From NCBI GenBank assembly GCA_965249725.1, contig CBDFMQ010000002.1:1760001-1824000 (forward strand): a DNA stretch of 64,000 nt. Reading direction: 5' to 3'. The position numbers were made by a program, and so were the translations under genes. Under the pieces are notes generated by a model. That model had not been told where the DNA came from and did no database searches. It was given only the letters and a program-made list of their open reading frames with translations. This document shows, in pieces, positions 1 through 11,693 of the stretch. This DNA is from Longimicrobiales bacterium (GTDB lineage: Bacteria; Gemmatimonadota; Gemmatimonadetes; Longimicrobiales; Gaopeijiaceae). Positions within the stretch are counted from its first letter, which is position 1. Every line of letters starts with the position of its first letter.

Positions 1-2
1 GG

Positions 3-956
3 CCGCGCCCCGGTGCTGGCCTGAACCTCGGGCCCTCTCAGTGCCACGACATCACCGTCTATCCCGGCATGGGACTCGCCGGCGGGGCTTGTGGAGGGTA
101 CGGGCTTCTGCTCGACATCAGTGATCCCACGAACCCCGTGCGGATCGCCGCTGCAGCGGACTCGAACTTCGCCTATTGGCACTCCGCGACCTTCAGCAAC
201 GATGGCTCAAAGGTCCTCTTTACGGACGAATGGGGCGGCGGCGGTGCGCCGAAGTGCCGTTCCAGCGATCCCGTGGAGTGGGGCGCGAACGCCATCTTCA
301 CCATCGAAGGCGACGAGCTGGAGTTCCAGTCCTACTACAAACTGCCGGCCGCGCAGACGTCGTTGGAGAACTGCGTCGCCCACAACGGGTCGCTGATTCC
401 GGTCCCCGGACGCGACATCATGGCCCAGGCGTGGTACCAGGGCGGCATTTCGGTCTTCGACTGGACCGATCCGAAGAACCCGGTGGAGATCGCATTCCAC
501 GACCGGGGCCCCACCGACGCGACGCGCCAGGGATCGGGCGGGAGCTGGTCGGTATACTGGTACAACGGAGTGCTCGTGAGCTCGGAGATCGCGCGTGGAC
601 TCGACATTTTCGAGCTCCTGCCGAGCGAAGTGCTCTCACAGAACGAAATCGACGCAGCGCTGTCCGTTCGTCTCGACCACCTGAACGCACAGGGGCAGCC
701 CAAGTTCGAGTGGCCCTACACGTTCGCCCTGGCACGCGCATATGTGGATCAGCTGGAGCGGTCGCGCACCATGGCTGCGTCCAGAGTCGCGTCGGTCCGT
801 GGATCCCTGACGACCGCTGAGCGCGCATCCGGCACAGCCCGCGACTCGGCGCTGCGGTCACTCGCCCGTGAACTCACGAGCGAAGCAGATCGGTCCGGCG
901 CCGCCGCCACGGTGCGGATGTTGGCCGAAGCGGTCCGAGGTCTCGCCGGAAGCTGA
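3..956 (+). CDS. LVIVD-repeat-like (beta-propeller) protein, 5'-truncated by window edge
   Basis: Frame is open from position 3 (PRPGAGLNLGPSQCHDITVYPGM...). Motifs CHD, WHSATF, DEWGGG and NCVAHNG; highly similar to the next gene. Confidence 0.8.
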   Translation, partial: PRPGAGLNLGPSQCHDITVYPGMGLAGGACGGYGLLLDISDPTNPVRIAAAADSNFAYWHSATFSNDGSKVLFTDEWGGGGAPKCRSSDPVEWGANAIFTIEGDELEFQSYYKLPAAQTSLENCVAHNGSLIPVPGRDIMAQAWYQGGISVFDWTDPKNPVEIAFHDRGPTDATRQGSGGSWSVYWYNGVLVSSEIARGLDIFELLPSEVLSQNEIDAALSVRLDHLNAQGQPKFEWPYTFALARAYVDQLERSRTMAASRVASVRGSLTTAERASGTARDSALRSLARELTSEADRSGAAATVRMLAEAVRGLAGS

Positions 957-963
957 GTCGGCG

Positions 964-1009
964 CGGGCAACTCCGGCCTTCGACTGAATCAGAAGGCCGG
1001 AGTTGCTCG
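964..1009 (+). terminator. Hairpin after first LVIVD-like gene
   Basis: cgggcaactccggccttc / gaaggccggagttgctcg 18-bp stem with one G-U pair; weak U tail. Confidence 0.55.
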
Positions 1010-1127
1010 TATATATGGCTCGTATGGAAGGCTCGTAACACAGCATGTGCCGGACGCATTATGCCTCCGGTCCGAATCGAGACGCAAGAGAATCACAATC
1101 CTGAGAAGCTCAGTGAGGAACCCAGAC

Positions 1128-3161
1128 ATGAATTCCGTTATTCCGGCACCCGCGGACCCTGCGAACGGCTCCACTCGAGTAGCGAGGCTGTTTTCTGTGG
1201 CCGTTGCCTTGGTGGCCCTGGCCGGCTGTGCAGGTCAGTCGGCCGCACCTGAAACCGCCACGACCATGGCGACGCCCCCGGCGACCCCAGTTCCGCTCCG
1301 GGTCACACCCCCGTCTCCCGACCCTCGCGTGGGCCTGGAGGCCGGCCTGTTCGACGCCGAGGAAGCCGCGTGGAACATGCGTGTCGTGTCGAGCACGCTG
1401 CCGGCTGAACCGTTCGTGGGCTCCACCAATTCGGACCTGGCGTTCAAGGACGACTACGCGATTCAGGGCAACTACAACGGTGTGCAATTCTGGAACATCG
1501 AGGACCCGAGCAATCCAGCCTCGACCACGACGTTCGTCTGTCCCGCATCGCAGAGCGACGTGTCAGTCTACCAGAATCTGCTCTTCGTTTCCGGTGAGGG
1601 CATGGGTGGGCGAATCGATTGTGGCACCGAGGGCGTTTCCGAAGCCGTCAGTGCAGACCGACTGAGGGGCATTCGCATCTTCGACATCACCGACGTACGG
1701 AGTCCCCGGTTCATCACCAACGTGCAGACTTGTCGTGGATCGCACACGCACACGGTGTTGGAAGCGCCGAGCGACCCGAACAACGTCTACATTTATGTGT
1801 CGGGCTCCGCGCCCGTACGTGCGGCCGAAGAGCTGGCGGGCTGCTCGGGCGCGATGCCTAGCGAAGACCCGAATACGGCTCTGTTCCGCATCGAAGTGAT
1901 CCGGGTGCCGCTCGACAATCCGGAGCAGGCCGAGATCGTGAGCTCACCTCGGATCTTCGAGGAGCTCGTGGCTCCCCCCACGCACGGAATGGCGCCTGAG
2001 GACGAGGCTGCCCTTCAGGAGGCCCGCGACCGCGGCGCGTTCATCGCCGAGTTCGGCGGTCAGTTCCAGATCATGCCCGACCAGTTCGCGGAACAGATGC
2101 TGGCCGATATGATGGCGGCCCAAGGCCGTACGGGTCCTCCCACCGCGGCCGACAGTACGGCTCTCCGAGAGTATATCCCGGTCATGGTAGCCGAGCAGTT
2201 TGGACCGCAGGGCGATGAGGACGGGCCCGGCTTCGGCCCCACCCAGTGCCACGACATAACGGTATACCCGGCGATGGGACTCGCCGGGGGCGCCTGTGAG
2301 GGGTACGGGATTCTCCTCGACATCAGCGACCCTCTCGACCCGAAGCGCCTCGCGGCCGTGGCGGACTCGAACTTCGCCTATTGGCACTCTGCCACGTTCA
2401 ACAACGACGCGACCAAGATCCTGTTCACCGATGAGTGGGGCGGCGGCGGCGGACCGAAGTGCCGGGCCACCGATCCCAAGGAGTGGGGCGCGAACGCCAT
2501 CTTCACCATCGAGGACGGTGAGATGAGGTTCCAGTCGTACTACAAGTTGCCGGCGCCTCAGACGTCACTCGAGAACTGCGTCGCCCACAACGGATCGCTC
2601 ATTCCCATCCCCGGGCGCGACGTGATGGTCCAGGCGTGGTATCAGGGTGGCATCTCGGTCTTCGACTGGACCGATGCGGCGAACCCCGTGGAAATCGCGT
2701 TCCACGACCGCGGACCCTCCGACCCGAACACGATGGGTCCCGGGGGAAGCTGGTCCGTGTACTGGTACAACGGCGCGATCGTGAGCTCCGAAATCGCACG
2801 CGGCCTCGACATCTTCGAGCTCACGCCGAGCGAAGCGATCTCGCAAAACGAGATCGACGCGGCGAACTCCGTGCGCATGGATTATCTCAACGCACAGGGG
2901 CAGCCGAAGTTCATGTGGCCGAACACGTTTGCCCTGGCCCGCGCCTATGTGGACCAGCTCGAACGCTCACGTTCGATGGCCTCGGGTCGCGTTGCAGAAG
3001 TACGTGCCGCCCTCGACGCGGCTGAGGGCGCGTCGGGCTCGGCGCAGCGTACCGCGCTGACCACGCTCGCACGGGAGTTGGGCGGAGAAGCAGAACGCTC
3101 ACAGGACGCCGCGAAGGTGCGGATGTTGGCCGACGCCGTGCGAGGGCTGGCCGGCAACTGA
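1128..3161 (+). CDS. LVIVD-repeat-like lipoprotein, paralog of the upstream gene
   Basis: Hydrophobic signal plus lipobox (ALAGC); NSDLAF, RGSHTHT, CHD, WHSATF, NCVAHNG motifs. ATG 1128 preferred over GTG 1047. Confidence 0.8.
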   Translation: MNSVIPAPADPANGSTRVARLFSVAVALVALAGCAGQSAAPETATTMATPPATPVPLRVTPPSPDPRVGLEAGLFDAEEAAWNMRVVSSTLPAEPFVGSTNSDLAFKDDYAIQGNYNGVQFWNIEDPSNPASTTTFVCPASQSDVSVYQNLLFVSGEGMGGRIDCGTEGVSEAVSADRLRGIRIFDITDVRSPRFITNVQTCRGSHTHTVLEAPSDPNNVYIYVSGSAPVRAAEELAGCSGAMPSEDPNTALFRIEVIRVPLDNPEQAEIVSSPRIFEELVAPPTHGMAPEDEAALQEARDRGAFIAEFGGQFQIMPDQFAEQMLADMMAAQGRTGPPTAADSTALREYIPVMVAEQFGPQGDEDGPGFGPTQCHDITVYPAMGLAGGACEGYGILLDISDPLDPKRLAAVADSNFAYWHSATFNNDATKILFTDEWGGGGGPKCRATDPKEWGANAIFTIEDGEMRFQSYYKLPAPQTSLENCVAHNGSLIPIPGRDVMVQAWYQGGISVFDWTDAANPVEIAFHDRGPSDPNTMGPGGSWSVYWYNGAIVSSEIARGLDIFELTPSEAISQNEIDAANSVRMDYLNAQGQPKFMWPNTFALARAYVDQLERSRSMASGRVAEVRAALDAAEGASGSAQRTALTTLARELGGEAERSQDAAKVRMLADAVRGLAGN

Positions 3162-3170
3162 AGCTTCAAG

Positions 3171-3202
3171 AGGGCGACGGGCGGTAGCGCGCCCGTCGCC
3201 CT
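3171..3202 (+). terminator. Rho-independent terminator-like hairpin
   Basis: Perfect 13-bp stem agggcgacgggcg / cgcccgtcgccct just after the stop at 3161. Confidence 0.55.
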
Positions 3203-3208
3203 TCTCGA

Positions 3209-4186
3209 ATGAAAATCTGTCTGCTCACCACCCAGGATCTCGACGCAGATCCCTTTCCGGCGGACGATTGGCCGTGCGATCCAAGGCCGTTCATGCCGGA
3301 AGCGACCTGGCACCTAGAAGTGCTCTCCACGAGATCGCGTTCGGTGGAGCTGGTTACTGCCCGAGCGAAGGAGGGATTCGACCTCTTCTTCAACCTGTGC
3401 GACGGCGCGGCGGATGAGGAGACACCCGGGATCGAGGTCGTCGAGACCCTGGAGCGCCTGCATGTGCCGTTCACGGGGGCGACCTCGGAATACTACGAAC
3501 CCTCCCGAGTGGACATGAAGCGTGCCTGCCGGGCTCAGGGCATCGACACTCCCGCGTATGTGCTCGCAAAGGAGGAGGCCGACGTCGAGCGCGCGGCCGA
3601 TAGCCTTCGATTCCCGCTGTTCGTCAAGCACCACAGCAGCTATGCGAGCGTCTCCATCAGCCGAGCATCGCGCGTGCAGACGCCGGCGGGACTCCGACGA
3701 CAAGCCAAGAAGATCATGGGCCGCCACGGCAAGGCGTTGATCGAGGAGTACATCTCAGGAATCGAGGCCACCGTACTGGTGGCCGAGAACCCCGACGACC
3801 CCGCCCGGCCGACCACCTACACTCCCCTGCAGTATCGTTTTCCCGATGGGGAAAGCTTCAAGCACGCCGACCTCAAGTGGGTGGATTTCGACGAGCTGTT
3901 CTCGTTCCCGGTCGAGGATCCGGAGCTCGCCGCACAGCTTCGCGACGTCTCCGCCCGGTTCTTCGTGGAACTCAACGGGGCCAGCTTCGGCCGCTGCGAT
4001 CTGCGCATCGATTCGGATGGCACCCCGTTCGTACTCGAGATCAACCCCAACTGCGGGGTCTTCTATCCGGCGAGTGCCCCCGGCAGCGCCAACCTGTGTC
4101 TCGCCCACGACCCCGCCGGCCACGAAGGCTTCACGCGACAGATCGTCAGGGCGGCCCTCGCCCGGCACGCGCGCCGGAGCGCCTAG
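3209..4186 (+). CDS. ATP-grasp enzyme, D-Ala-D-Ala ligase-like
   Basis: FPLFVK, LIEEYISGIE, RCDLR and LEINPNCG ATP-grasp motifs. Confidence 0.8.
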   Translation: MKICLLTTQDLDADPFPADDWPCDPRPFMPEATWHLEVLSTRSRSVELVTARAKEGFDLFFNLCDGAADEETPGIEVVETLERLHVPFTGATSEYYEPSRVDMKRACRAQGIDTPAYVLAKEEADVERAADSLRFPLFVKHHSSYASVSISRASRVQTPAGLRRQAKKIMGRHGKALIEEYISGIEATVLVAENPDDPARPTTYTPLQYRFPDGESFKHADLKWVDFDELFSFPVEDPELAAQLRDVSARFFVELNGASFGRCDLRIDSDGTPFVLEINPNCGVFYPASAPGSANLCLAHDPAGHEGFTRQIVRAALARHARRSA

Positions 4187-4299
4187 GACCGCTCGGCTTC
4201 TCGACATCTTCCGCCGTCGGATCTAGTCTCTTCACCGGTAGCCATCACATCGACGCCGTCCGCCAGCGGTGCGTTTCCACCACTATTCCCAGGACCACC

Positions 4300-5904
4300 A
4301 TGAGACACCACGGACTCGCCCTCGGCACGGCTCTCATCATCCTCGCGACTCTGGTAGCCCCGGCCGTTCCCGCGGCGGCACAGACGTTCAGCACGGACGA
4401 CGCGGTCCTCCGGCAGCTATGGGCCGAAGGCATGGAGAACTCCCAGGCCCGCCCGTTGGCCCAGGCCCTGTTCGACTCGATCGGCCCCCGGCTGACGGGG
4501 AGCCCCGGACTCGAAGCGGGGCATGACTGGCTGGTCGAGAGGTACCGCAGCTGGGGAGTCGAGGCGGAGAATCAGCAGTACGGAACCTGGATGCGTTGGC
4601 GGCGCGGACGGGCACACGTCGACCTCGTCGAGCCACGCGTTCGCACGCTGGAAGCCATGGTCATGGCTTGGAGCCCGGGAACGGGGGGCGAGACCGTAAG
4701 GGCCGAGGTGCTCAACATGCCAGAGGTGGCGAGCCGGGCGGAGTTCGAGGCCTGGCTGCCCGAGGTGCGCGGGAAGTTCGTCACCATCGCCTTCCCACAA
4801 CCGACCTGTCGACCCAACGCGGACTGGGATCAGTGGGCGACCGATGCCTCCCGTGAAGAGGCCCAGGCAGAACGGAGCGCCGCGGAGCAGGAATGGCGCG
4901 AGAACATGGCTCGCTCGGGCTTCGAGATTCAGGGCCGCGGATCCGAAACGGCCATCGCCCGAGGTCTGGAGGCGGCCGGGGCCGCGGGCGTGATCGCCTC
5001 ACGCTGGTCGGGTGGTTGGGGCGCTCACCAGATGTTCGCCGGTGGCACGGAGAGCGTACCGGCACTCTTGGTCGGATGCGAAGACTACGGGCTGCTCCAC
5101 CGCCTCGCCGAGAACGACCAGAGCCCGGTCATCGAGGTCATGTCCGACGCGGAGTCCCTCGGAGAAGGGCCCGTGTTCAACACGATCGCCCACATTCCGG
5201 GGGTCGAGCTTCCCAACGAGTACGTACTCTTTTCAGCCCACTTCGACTCGTGGGACGCCGCGTCGGGGGCCACCGACAACGGGACCGGCACCCTCGTCAT
5301 GCTCGAAGCCATGCGGATTCTGCGCGAGGCGTATCCCAACCCGCGCCGCACCATCCTGGTGGGACACTGGGGTGGCGAGGAGCAAGGGCTCAACGGCTCG
5401 CGGGCCTTCGCCGCCGACAACCCGGACATCGTCCGCAACCTCCAGGCCCTCTTCAACCAGGACAACGGTACGGGACGAATCGTGAACGCATCGAGCCAGG
5501 GATACATCAGCGCCTCGGGGTACCTGGCGAGTTGGCTCTCCGGGCTCCCCGTGGAACTCACGGACGAGATCGCCTTCGACTTTCCGGGCACACCGGGTGG
5601 GGGCGGGAGCGACTACGCGTCCTTCGTCTGCTACGGTGCGCCGGCTTTCAGCCTCAGAGCGCTCAACTGGAGCTACAGCCCCTATACCTGGCACACGAAC
5701 CGCGACACATACGACAAAGTCGTCTTCGCCGACCTCAAGAACAACGCGACGCTCTACGCCATGCTCGCCTATATGGCGTCCGAAGAAGAAGCTCGTACCC
5801 CGAGGGACCGCCGCACCGAGTTTCCGGTGAACCCGGCCACCGGCCAGGCCGGATCATGGCCGGATTGCACGCCCTCGAGGCGAGACTGGTCACAGCGTAG
5901 ATAG
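4300..5904 (+). CDS. Secreted M28 family metallopeptidase (carboxypeptidase Q-like)
   Basis: Signal peptide from ATG 4300; SAHFDSW, GATDNGTG, GEEQGL, SDY and WHT..DT motifs. Confidence 0.85.
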   Translation: MRHHGLALGTALIILATLVAPAVPAAAQTFSTDDAVLRQLWAEGMENSQARPLAQALFDSIGPRLTGSPGLEAGHDWLVERYRSWGVEAENQQYGTWMRWRRGRAHVDLVEPRVRTLEAMVMAWSPGTGGETVRAEVLNMPEVASRAEFEAWLPEVRGKFVTIAFPQPTCRPNADWDQWATDASREEAQAERSAAEQEWRENMARSGFEIQGRGSETAIARGLEAAGAAGVIASRWSGGWGAHQMFAGGTESVPALLVGCEDYGLLHRLAENDQSPVIEVMSDAESLGEGPVFNTIAHIPGVELPNEYVLFSAHFDSWDAASGATDNGTGTLVMLEAMRILREAYPNPRRTILVGHWGGEEQGLNGSRAFAADNPDIVRNLQALFNQDNGTGRIVNASSQGYISASGYLASWLSGLPVELTDEIAFDFPGTPGGGGSDYASFVCYGAPAFSLRALNWSYSPYTWHTNRDTYDKVVFADLKNNATLYAMLAYMASEEEARTPRDRRTEFPVNPATGQAGSWPDCTPSRRDWSQRR

Positions 5905-6004
5905 GCTCGACCCCGCCTGAGACCGTCTGACGGCGGAACGGAGGTCACGCCGACACGGTATTCTCAGGAGAGTGGCTCTCCCTCCCAACACCAGGTCACG
6001 GATC

Positions 6005-7042
6005 ATGCGCAGAACGTCGACACTGCTCCCGATCGCCAGCCTTGCCCTTGCCCTCGTCCTCTCCGCTTGCGGTGGAGACCGCCAACCCTGGGGCGAGTAC
6101 AACTCCATCATCGTCGGCACTTCAGAGGCTCAGTGGCTCGCCGTATCGGGCATGGTGGAGTCGGCCCTCGAGGCGCGGGTGGTGACGGTGCGTCAGGAGA
6201 AAACGTTCCGAGTCACGCATCAGGATCCCTCCGCCCCCGAGTGGGACATGCTCCAGCGGTTCAAGCAGATGCTGCTGATCGGTACGGAGGACGATCCCTG
6301 GATGACCGAGGCGCTGGATCTCGCCGAGCGAACCACGTTCGAGCCCCCTGAGGTCTTCCAAGTAGAGGACATCTGGGCCCGTGACCAGACCGTCACGGTG
6401 ATGCTGCTCGAATCCGGCGCGGCCGACGAGGTCGAGCCACTCCTGGATCCACTCCACGACCTCCTGGACGGCCAGTACCGCCAATGGGTGAAGATGCGGA
6501 TGTTCATGTCCGGTCAGAACGAGGAGCTGGCCGACTCGCTCCGGGAATCGGCGCAGTTCAGCATTCTCCTGCCCCAGTTGTACCGGCGACGGACAGAAGA
6601 CTCGGTCTACATGTTCCGCAACGATAATCCGGATCCGTCGGAGTTGATCCGGCAAATCACGGTCACGTGGCGAACGCATTCGCCCGAGGGCGTCCGGGAA
6701 GACGAGTTCCTGGCTTGGCGCCAGGAGGTGGTGGACGGGCACTTCGGCTATCCACAGGTCCTGGACCTCGAGTTGGCGCAGACGCGACGACTTCAGCAGG
6801 GCGAAGTGATCATGGACGAGATCCGGGCCGTATGGTCCAACCCTCCGGAGGACGCGTTTCCGGCTGGCGGACCGACGATCACAAGAATGATCCCTTGCCC
6901 GCACCAGGGTCGCGACTACCTGGCGGATGCCTGGCTCTACGCACCGGGGAGGGACAAGTACCAGTACGTCGTGCAGCTCGAGACCATCTTGGACTCTTTC
7001 CGTTGTAACACCACGAGCCAATTGGCGTCAGCGAGGCCCTGA
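6005..7042 (+). CDS. Lipoprotein, DUF4837-like
   Basis: Lipobox LSAC; DIWARDQ and YAPGRDKY..QLE segments recall DUF4837. Confidence 0.6.
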   Translation: MRRTSTLLPIASLALALVLSACGGDRQPWGEYNSIIVGTSEAQWLAVSGMVESALEARVVTVRQEKTFRVTHQDPSAPEWDMLQRFKQMLLIGTEDDPWMTEALDLAERTTFEPPEVFQVEDIWARDQTVTVMLLESGAADEVEPLLDPLHDLLDGQYRQWVKMRMFMSGQNEELADSLRESAQFSILLPQLYRRRTEDSVYMFRNDNPDPSELIRQITVTWRTHSPEGVREDEFLAWRQEVVDGHFGYPQVLDLELAQTRRLQQGEVIMDEIRAVWSNPPEDAFPAGGPTITRMIPCPHQGRDYLADAWLYAPGRDKYQYVVQLETILDSFRCNTTSQLASARP

Positions 7043-7087
7043 GGCCCGTCGTCCCCCTTGCACCGAGGCGTAGATTGATACATCATT

Positions 7088-7107
7088 GTATCCGGATTTA
7101 TGGATAC
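7088..7107. promoter_or_regulatory. Candidate SahR operator (20-bp palindrome)
   Basis: GTATCC-ggatttat-GGATAC in an AT-rich patch at the regulator's 5' end, overlapping a TTGTAT-N16-TATGAT promoter-like pair. Confidence 0.55.
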
Positions 7108-8050
7108 TATGATCAAGGAACTCCGGGTCTTCGACCGAATGAGCGCGCTGGGCGATCTGGCGCGCAGTCGCATCCTCATGCTTCTCGAGCAAGGCGACTT
7201 CACGGTCTCCGAGTTGGTGCAGGTCTTTCAGCTCCCCCAGTCCACGGTGAGTCGCCATCTCAAGGTCCTCGCCGAGGACGGATGGGTCACCTCTCGATCC
7301 AGCGGCACTAGCAGACACTACCGCATGGTGGCGGACCTGGACGCGCCGGCCCGCGAACTCTGGGAGCTCGTCCGACCCGACGTCGTGTCGGCCGGCGGTA
7401 CGGACGAAGACGCCGAACGGGCACGGGCAGTGCTCGCCGGACGACGGGAGAAGTCCAAGGAGTTCTTCGCCTCGTCGGCTCACCGATGGGACTCTCTCCG
7501 AGACGACCTCTTCGGCGCGGATTCGGAACTCCTCCCCTTCTTCGGTCTCCTCGATCCGACCTGGACCGTAGCGGACCTGGGTGCCGGCACCGGACACTTC
7601 AGCGCACGGGTAGCACCGTTCGTCGAGCGCGTTATCGCGGTGGACGGTTCCGAAGAGATGCTCGACACGGCCCGGCGGCGGGTCGACGACGTCGCGAATG
7701 TCGAGTTGCGGCGCGGCGAACTCGAGCAGCTCCCCCTGTGCGATGGCGAGGTGGACCTGGCCGTGCTGCTCCTGGCGCTGCACTACGTGGTCGAACCCGC
7801 AGCGGTGATGAGCGAAGCGTCTCGGGTCCTGGCGCCCGGAGGTCGGCTGGTCATCGTCGACATGAGGCTGCATGCACGGGAAGCCTTCCTCGAAGACATG
7901 GGTCACGTATGGCCCGGCTTCGACGAGGCCACCCTGGACGGACTGACCCGCGAGGCCGACCTGTGCGGCTTCTCGTACCAACCCATACCGGCTCGTACTC
8001 AAGCGTCGGGCCCCCTGCTCTTCGTCGCATCGGTAACGAAAGCCGACTGA
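7100..8050 (+). CDS. sahR: ArsR-HTH plus SAM-methyltransferase-domain regulator (SahR-like)
   Basis: N-terminal QSTVSRHLKVL HTH and C-terminal VADLGAGTG SAM motif; directly upstream of ahcY. Start may be 7109 or 7139. Confidence 0.8.
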   Translation: MDTMIKELRVFDRMSALGDLARSRILMLLEQGDFTVSELVQVFQLPQSTVSRHLKVLAEDGWVTSRSSGTSRHYRMVADLDAPARELWELVRPDVVSAGGTDEDAERARAVLAGRREKSKEFFASSAHRWDSLRDDLFGADSELLPFFGLLDPTWTVADLGAGTGHFSARVAPFVERVIAVDGSEEMLDTARRRVDDVANVELRRGELEQLPLCDGEVDLAVLLLALHYVVEPAAVMSEASRVLAPGGRLVIVDMRLHAREAFLEDMGHVWPGFDEATLDGLTREADLCGFSYQPIPARTQASGPLLFVASVTKAD

Positions 8051-8095
8051 ACGATCTGAGACTCGATCAAGCCCTTCACGAATGAGGATCCACGA

Positions 8096-9583
<1,488 letters not shown>

Positions 9584-9586
9584 CGG

Positions 9587-10918
9587 TCAGGCGAGGGCCG
9601 CAACGGTGTCGACCACCTTCTCGACGTCGGCCAGGGTGTTGTAGACGTGCGGGCAGAGCCGGAGGCCTCCGCCCATACCCGCTCCCGCGATAGCATGCTC
9701 GTTGTAGAGAGCGCTCGACACCGCTCGTGAGTCGAAGTCGGGCGGGACGAACACCACCACACCAGCGCTCAACGCCGGATCGGGCGGAGTGTTGAAGACC
9801 GTACCCGGAAGTCGTTCGGCGATTCCGTTCTTGATGGCGGCGGCCAATTCCCTCACCCTGGCCTCGACCCTCTCCGTGCCGATCATCTCATGGAACTCGA
9901 CGGTGGTACCCACTGCGGACACCGCTGCATCGTCTCGCTGTCCGAGGTTCTCGAACTTGCGCGCACCTCCCTCGAGGGCGTTGGCCCACCCTATCCCCAC
10001 ATGTGTAGGCCACAGATCCGCCTGTACCTCGGCACGCACATACAGGACACCGGCCTCTTTGGGCCCCATGAACCACTTGTGGGCGCTTCCCGTATAGAAG
10101 TCGCACCCCATGTCGTGCAGGTCGACCTCGAGGCATCCGAAGCTCTGAGCCCCGTCGACCAAGGCCAGCGCACCCCTGGTGTGCGCGGCCGCCACCAGTT
10201 CCTTGGCCGGCAGCATGACGCCCGAGATATTCGAAGCGTGACTGAAGCTGAGGACCCTCGTGCGGGGGGTCATGGCCGCCAGGAACGGATCCATGAGTTC
10301 CTGCATGGAAGTCGGCTGCGACGGCGTGCTCACTCGCGTGACCGTGTAGCCATATCGCTCGGCTCGCACGTCCCAGGCCGTGCTGTTCGTCGGATGATTC
10401 TGATCCCACACAACGACTTCGTCACCGGGGCCGAGATCCAGGCCATTCACCACGGTCGCATTCGCCGAACTCGTGTTGCGGACGATGGCAATCTCGTCGT
10501 CACCGGCACCCAGGAAGCGCGCCAGAGCGGTACGGGACTTCTCCCGCAGCTCACCGAATTTGCGCCGGTTGTTGGACGACGCGTCCTGATCCACATCTCG
10601 CGTGAGCTCGAAGACCCGCTGCTGCACGGAGATCGGCGAGGGGCACAGGTTGGCCGCGTGCAGGAAGATCAGGCCCTCACGAAGAGGGAACGCGTCCTTC
10701 ACCAAACGCCAGAAGTCCTCGTCGGCCGCAACGCTCGGCCCTAGTGCCGCCGCGGCACTTCCGAGCCGATCCATGCGGCCTCGAGCTTCCGCGGTGAAGG
10801 GATCCGAAAGGGGAGACCGTACGGCCTCTTCCGCGCCGAGTAGGGACGGGATCGAAGCGGAGGCGACAACCCCCCCGGCCATGTGACCGATGAAACTGCG
10901 GCGACTCTGACTGCTCAT
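9587..10918 (-). CDS. Class V PLP-dependent enzyme with Tat signal peptide
   Basis: SRRSFIG twin-arginine motif; VDGAQ and SAHKWFMGP PLP-lysine motif. Confidence 0.85.
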   Translation of the reverse strand: MSSQSRRSFIGHMAGGVVASASIPSLLGAEEAVRSPLSDPFTAEARGRMDRLGSAAAALGPSVAADEDFWRLVKDAFPLREGLIFLHAANLCPSPISVQQRVFELTRDVDQDASSNNRRKFGELREKSRTALARFLGAGDDEIAIVRNTSSANATVVNGLDLGPGDEVVVWDQNHPTNSTAWDVRAERYGYTVTRVSTPSQPTSMQELMDPFLAAMTPRTRVLSFSHASNISGVMLPAKELVAAAHTRGALALVDGAQSFGCLEVDLHDMGCDFYTGSAHKWFMGPKEAGVLYVRAEVQADLWPTHVGIGWANALEGGARKFENLGQRDDAAVSAVGTTVEFHEMIGTERVEARVRELAAAIKNGIAERLPGTVFNTPPDPALSAGVVVFVPPDFDSRAVSSALYNEHAIAGAGMGGGLRLCPHVYNTLADVEKVVDTVAALA

Positions 10919-11174
10919 CGTTCTCCTCCGGACCGAGCCTCTGGGTTGATGTGATCAAGGTAGGCGGCGTATGCGCCCGGTAACAGTTCGGGGTATGTTG
11001 CTGGCGGTTGTCGGCATCGATGGAGACGACCCCGTCGGGGACACGGCGAGGTGCGCCGCACGTCGCCGATGTTTATTCTTGGGCTGAGCGGTGAGACGTT
11101 AGTACATTGGTAGTGGAGCCCTTGTTGATGGCAGCCCTGGCAGTGGTAGAACCGACCAACTTCCGACAGGCCGA

Positions 11175-11693
11175 ATGACCGAAGAACGACGCCCCCCAGC
11201 TTCGTCTGAACGCGAGACTGGTTCCGAGTACGGTGACGCCCTGGCTGACGTGCTGGAGGATCAGCACGAGCGTTTGGAGCGACGCCAGCAGGTGCCCGCC
11301 CACCCCACACGCCGCCAACTGAGTCCCATGGTGGCGCCCGCCTTGGCGGTCGTCTCGTTCTGGCTCTGGGTCTTTCCCCCCGAACCCCTACAGCCGACCC
11401 CTCCGCCCGCGATACCCGTGGCCGTGCAAGAGGCGGGACTTCGGATGGAGATGTCGGCTCAGCTCGCGCGCATCCAGAGGTTCGTGAGGGACAACGGAAG
11501 GCTGCCCGCCTCCCTGCAGGAAACCCAGGAAGAGGCACTGACCGGGGTCGAGTACATTCCCCTGGCCGACTCCACCTTCAGGCTCCGCGGGAACATCGGC
11601 GGCGTGACGATCGACTACGTCTCCACCCAGCCGGTCGAAGAACTCCTTCAGGATGCCATCGATGTCGTCACCACCCAACGGGGTGGCGGATGA
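11175..11693 (+). CDS. Membrane-anchored protein with pseudopilin/GspG-like helix
   Basis: One TM segment followed by ...IQRFVRDNGRLPASL; overlaps the pilin start by 4 nt. Confidence 0.6.
   Translation: MTEERRPPASSERETGSEYGDALADVLEDQHERLERRQQVPAHPTRRQLSPMVAPALAVVSFWLWVFPPEPLQPTPPPAIPVAVQEAGLRMEMSAQLARIQRFVRDNGRLPASLQETQEEALTGVEYIPLADSTFRLRGNIGGVTIDYVSTQPVEELLQDAIDVVTTQRGGG

Noticed and set aside
3877..4299. N-terminal extensions of the M28 peptidase (likewise the SSS at 30481 and DGC at 50462)
   Set aside because: They overlap neighbouring genes; better starts with signal peptides or RBS lie downstream.
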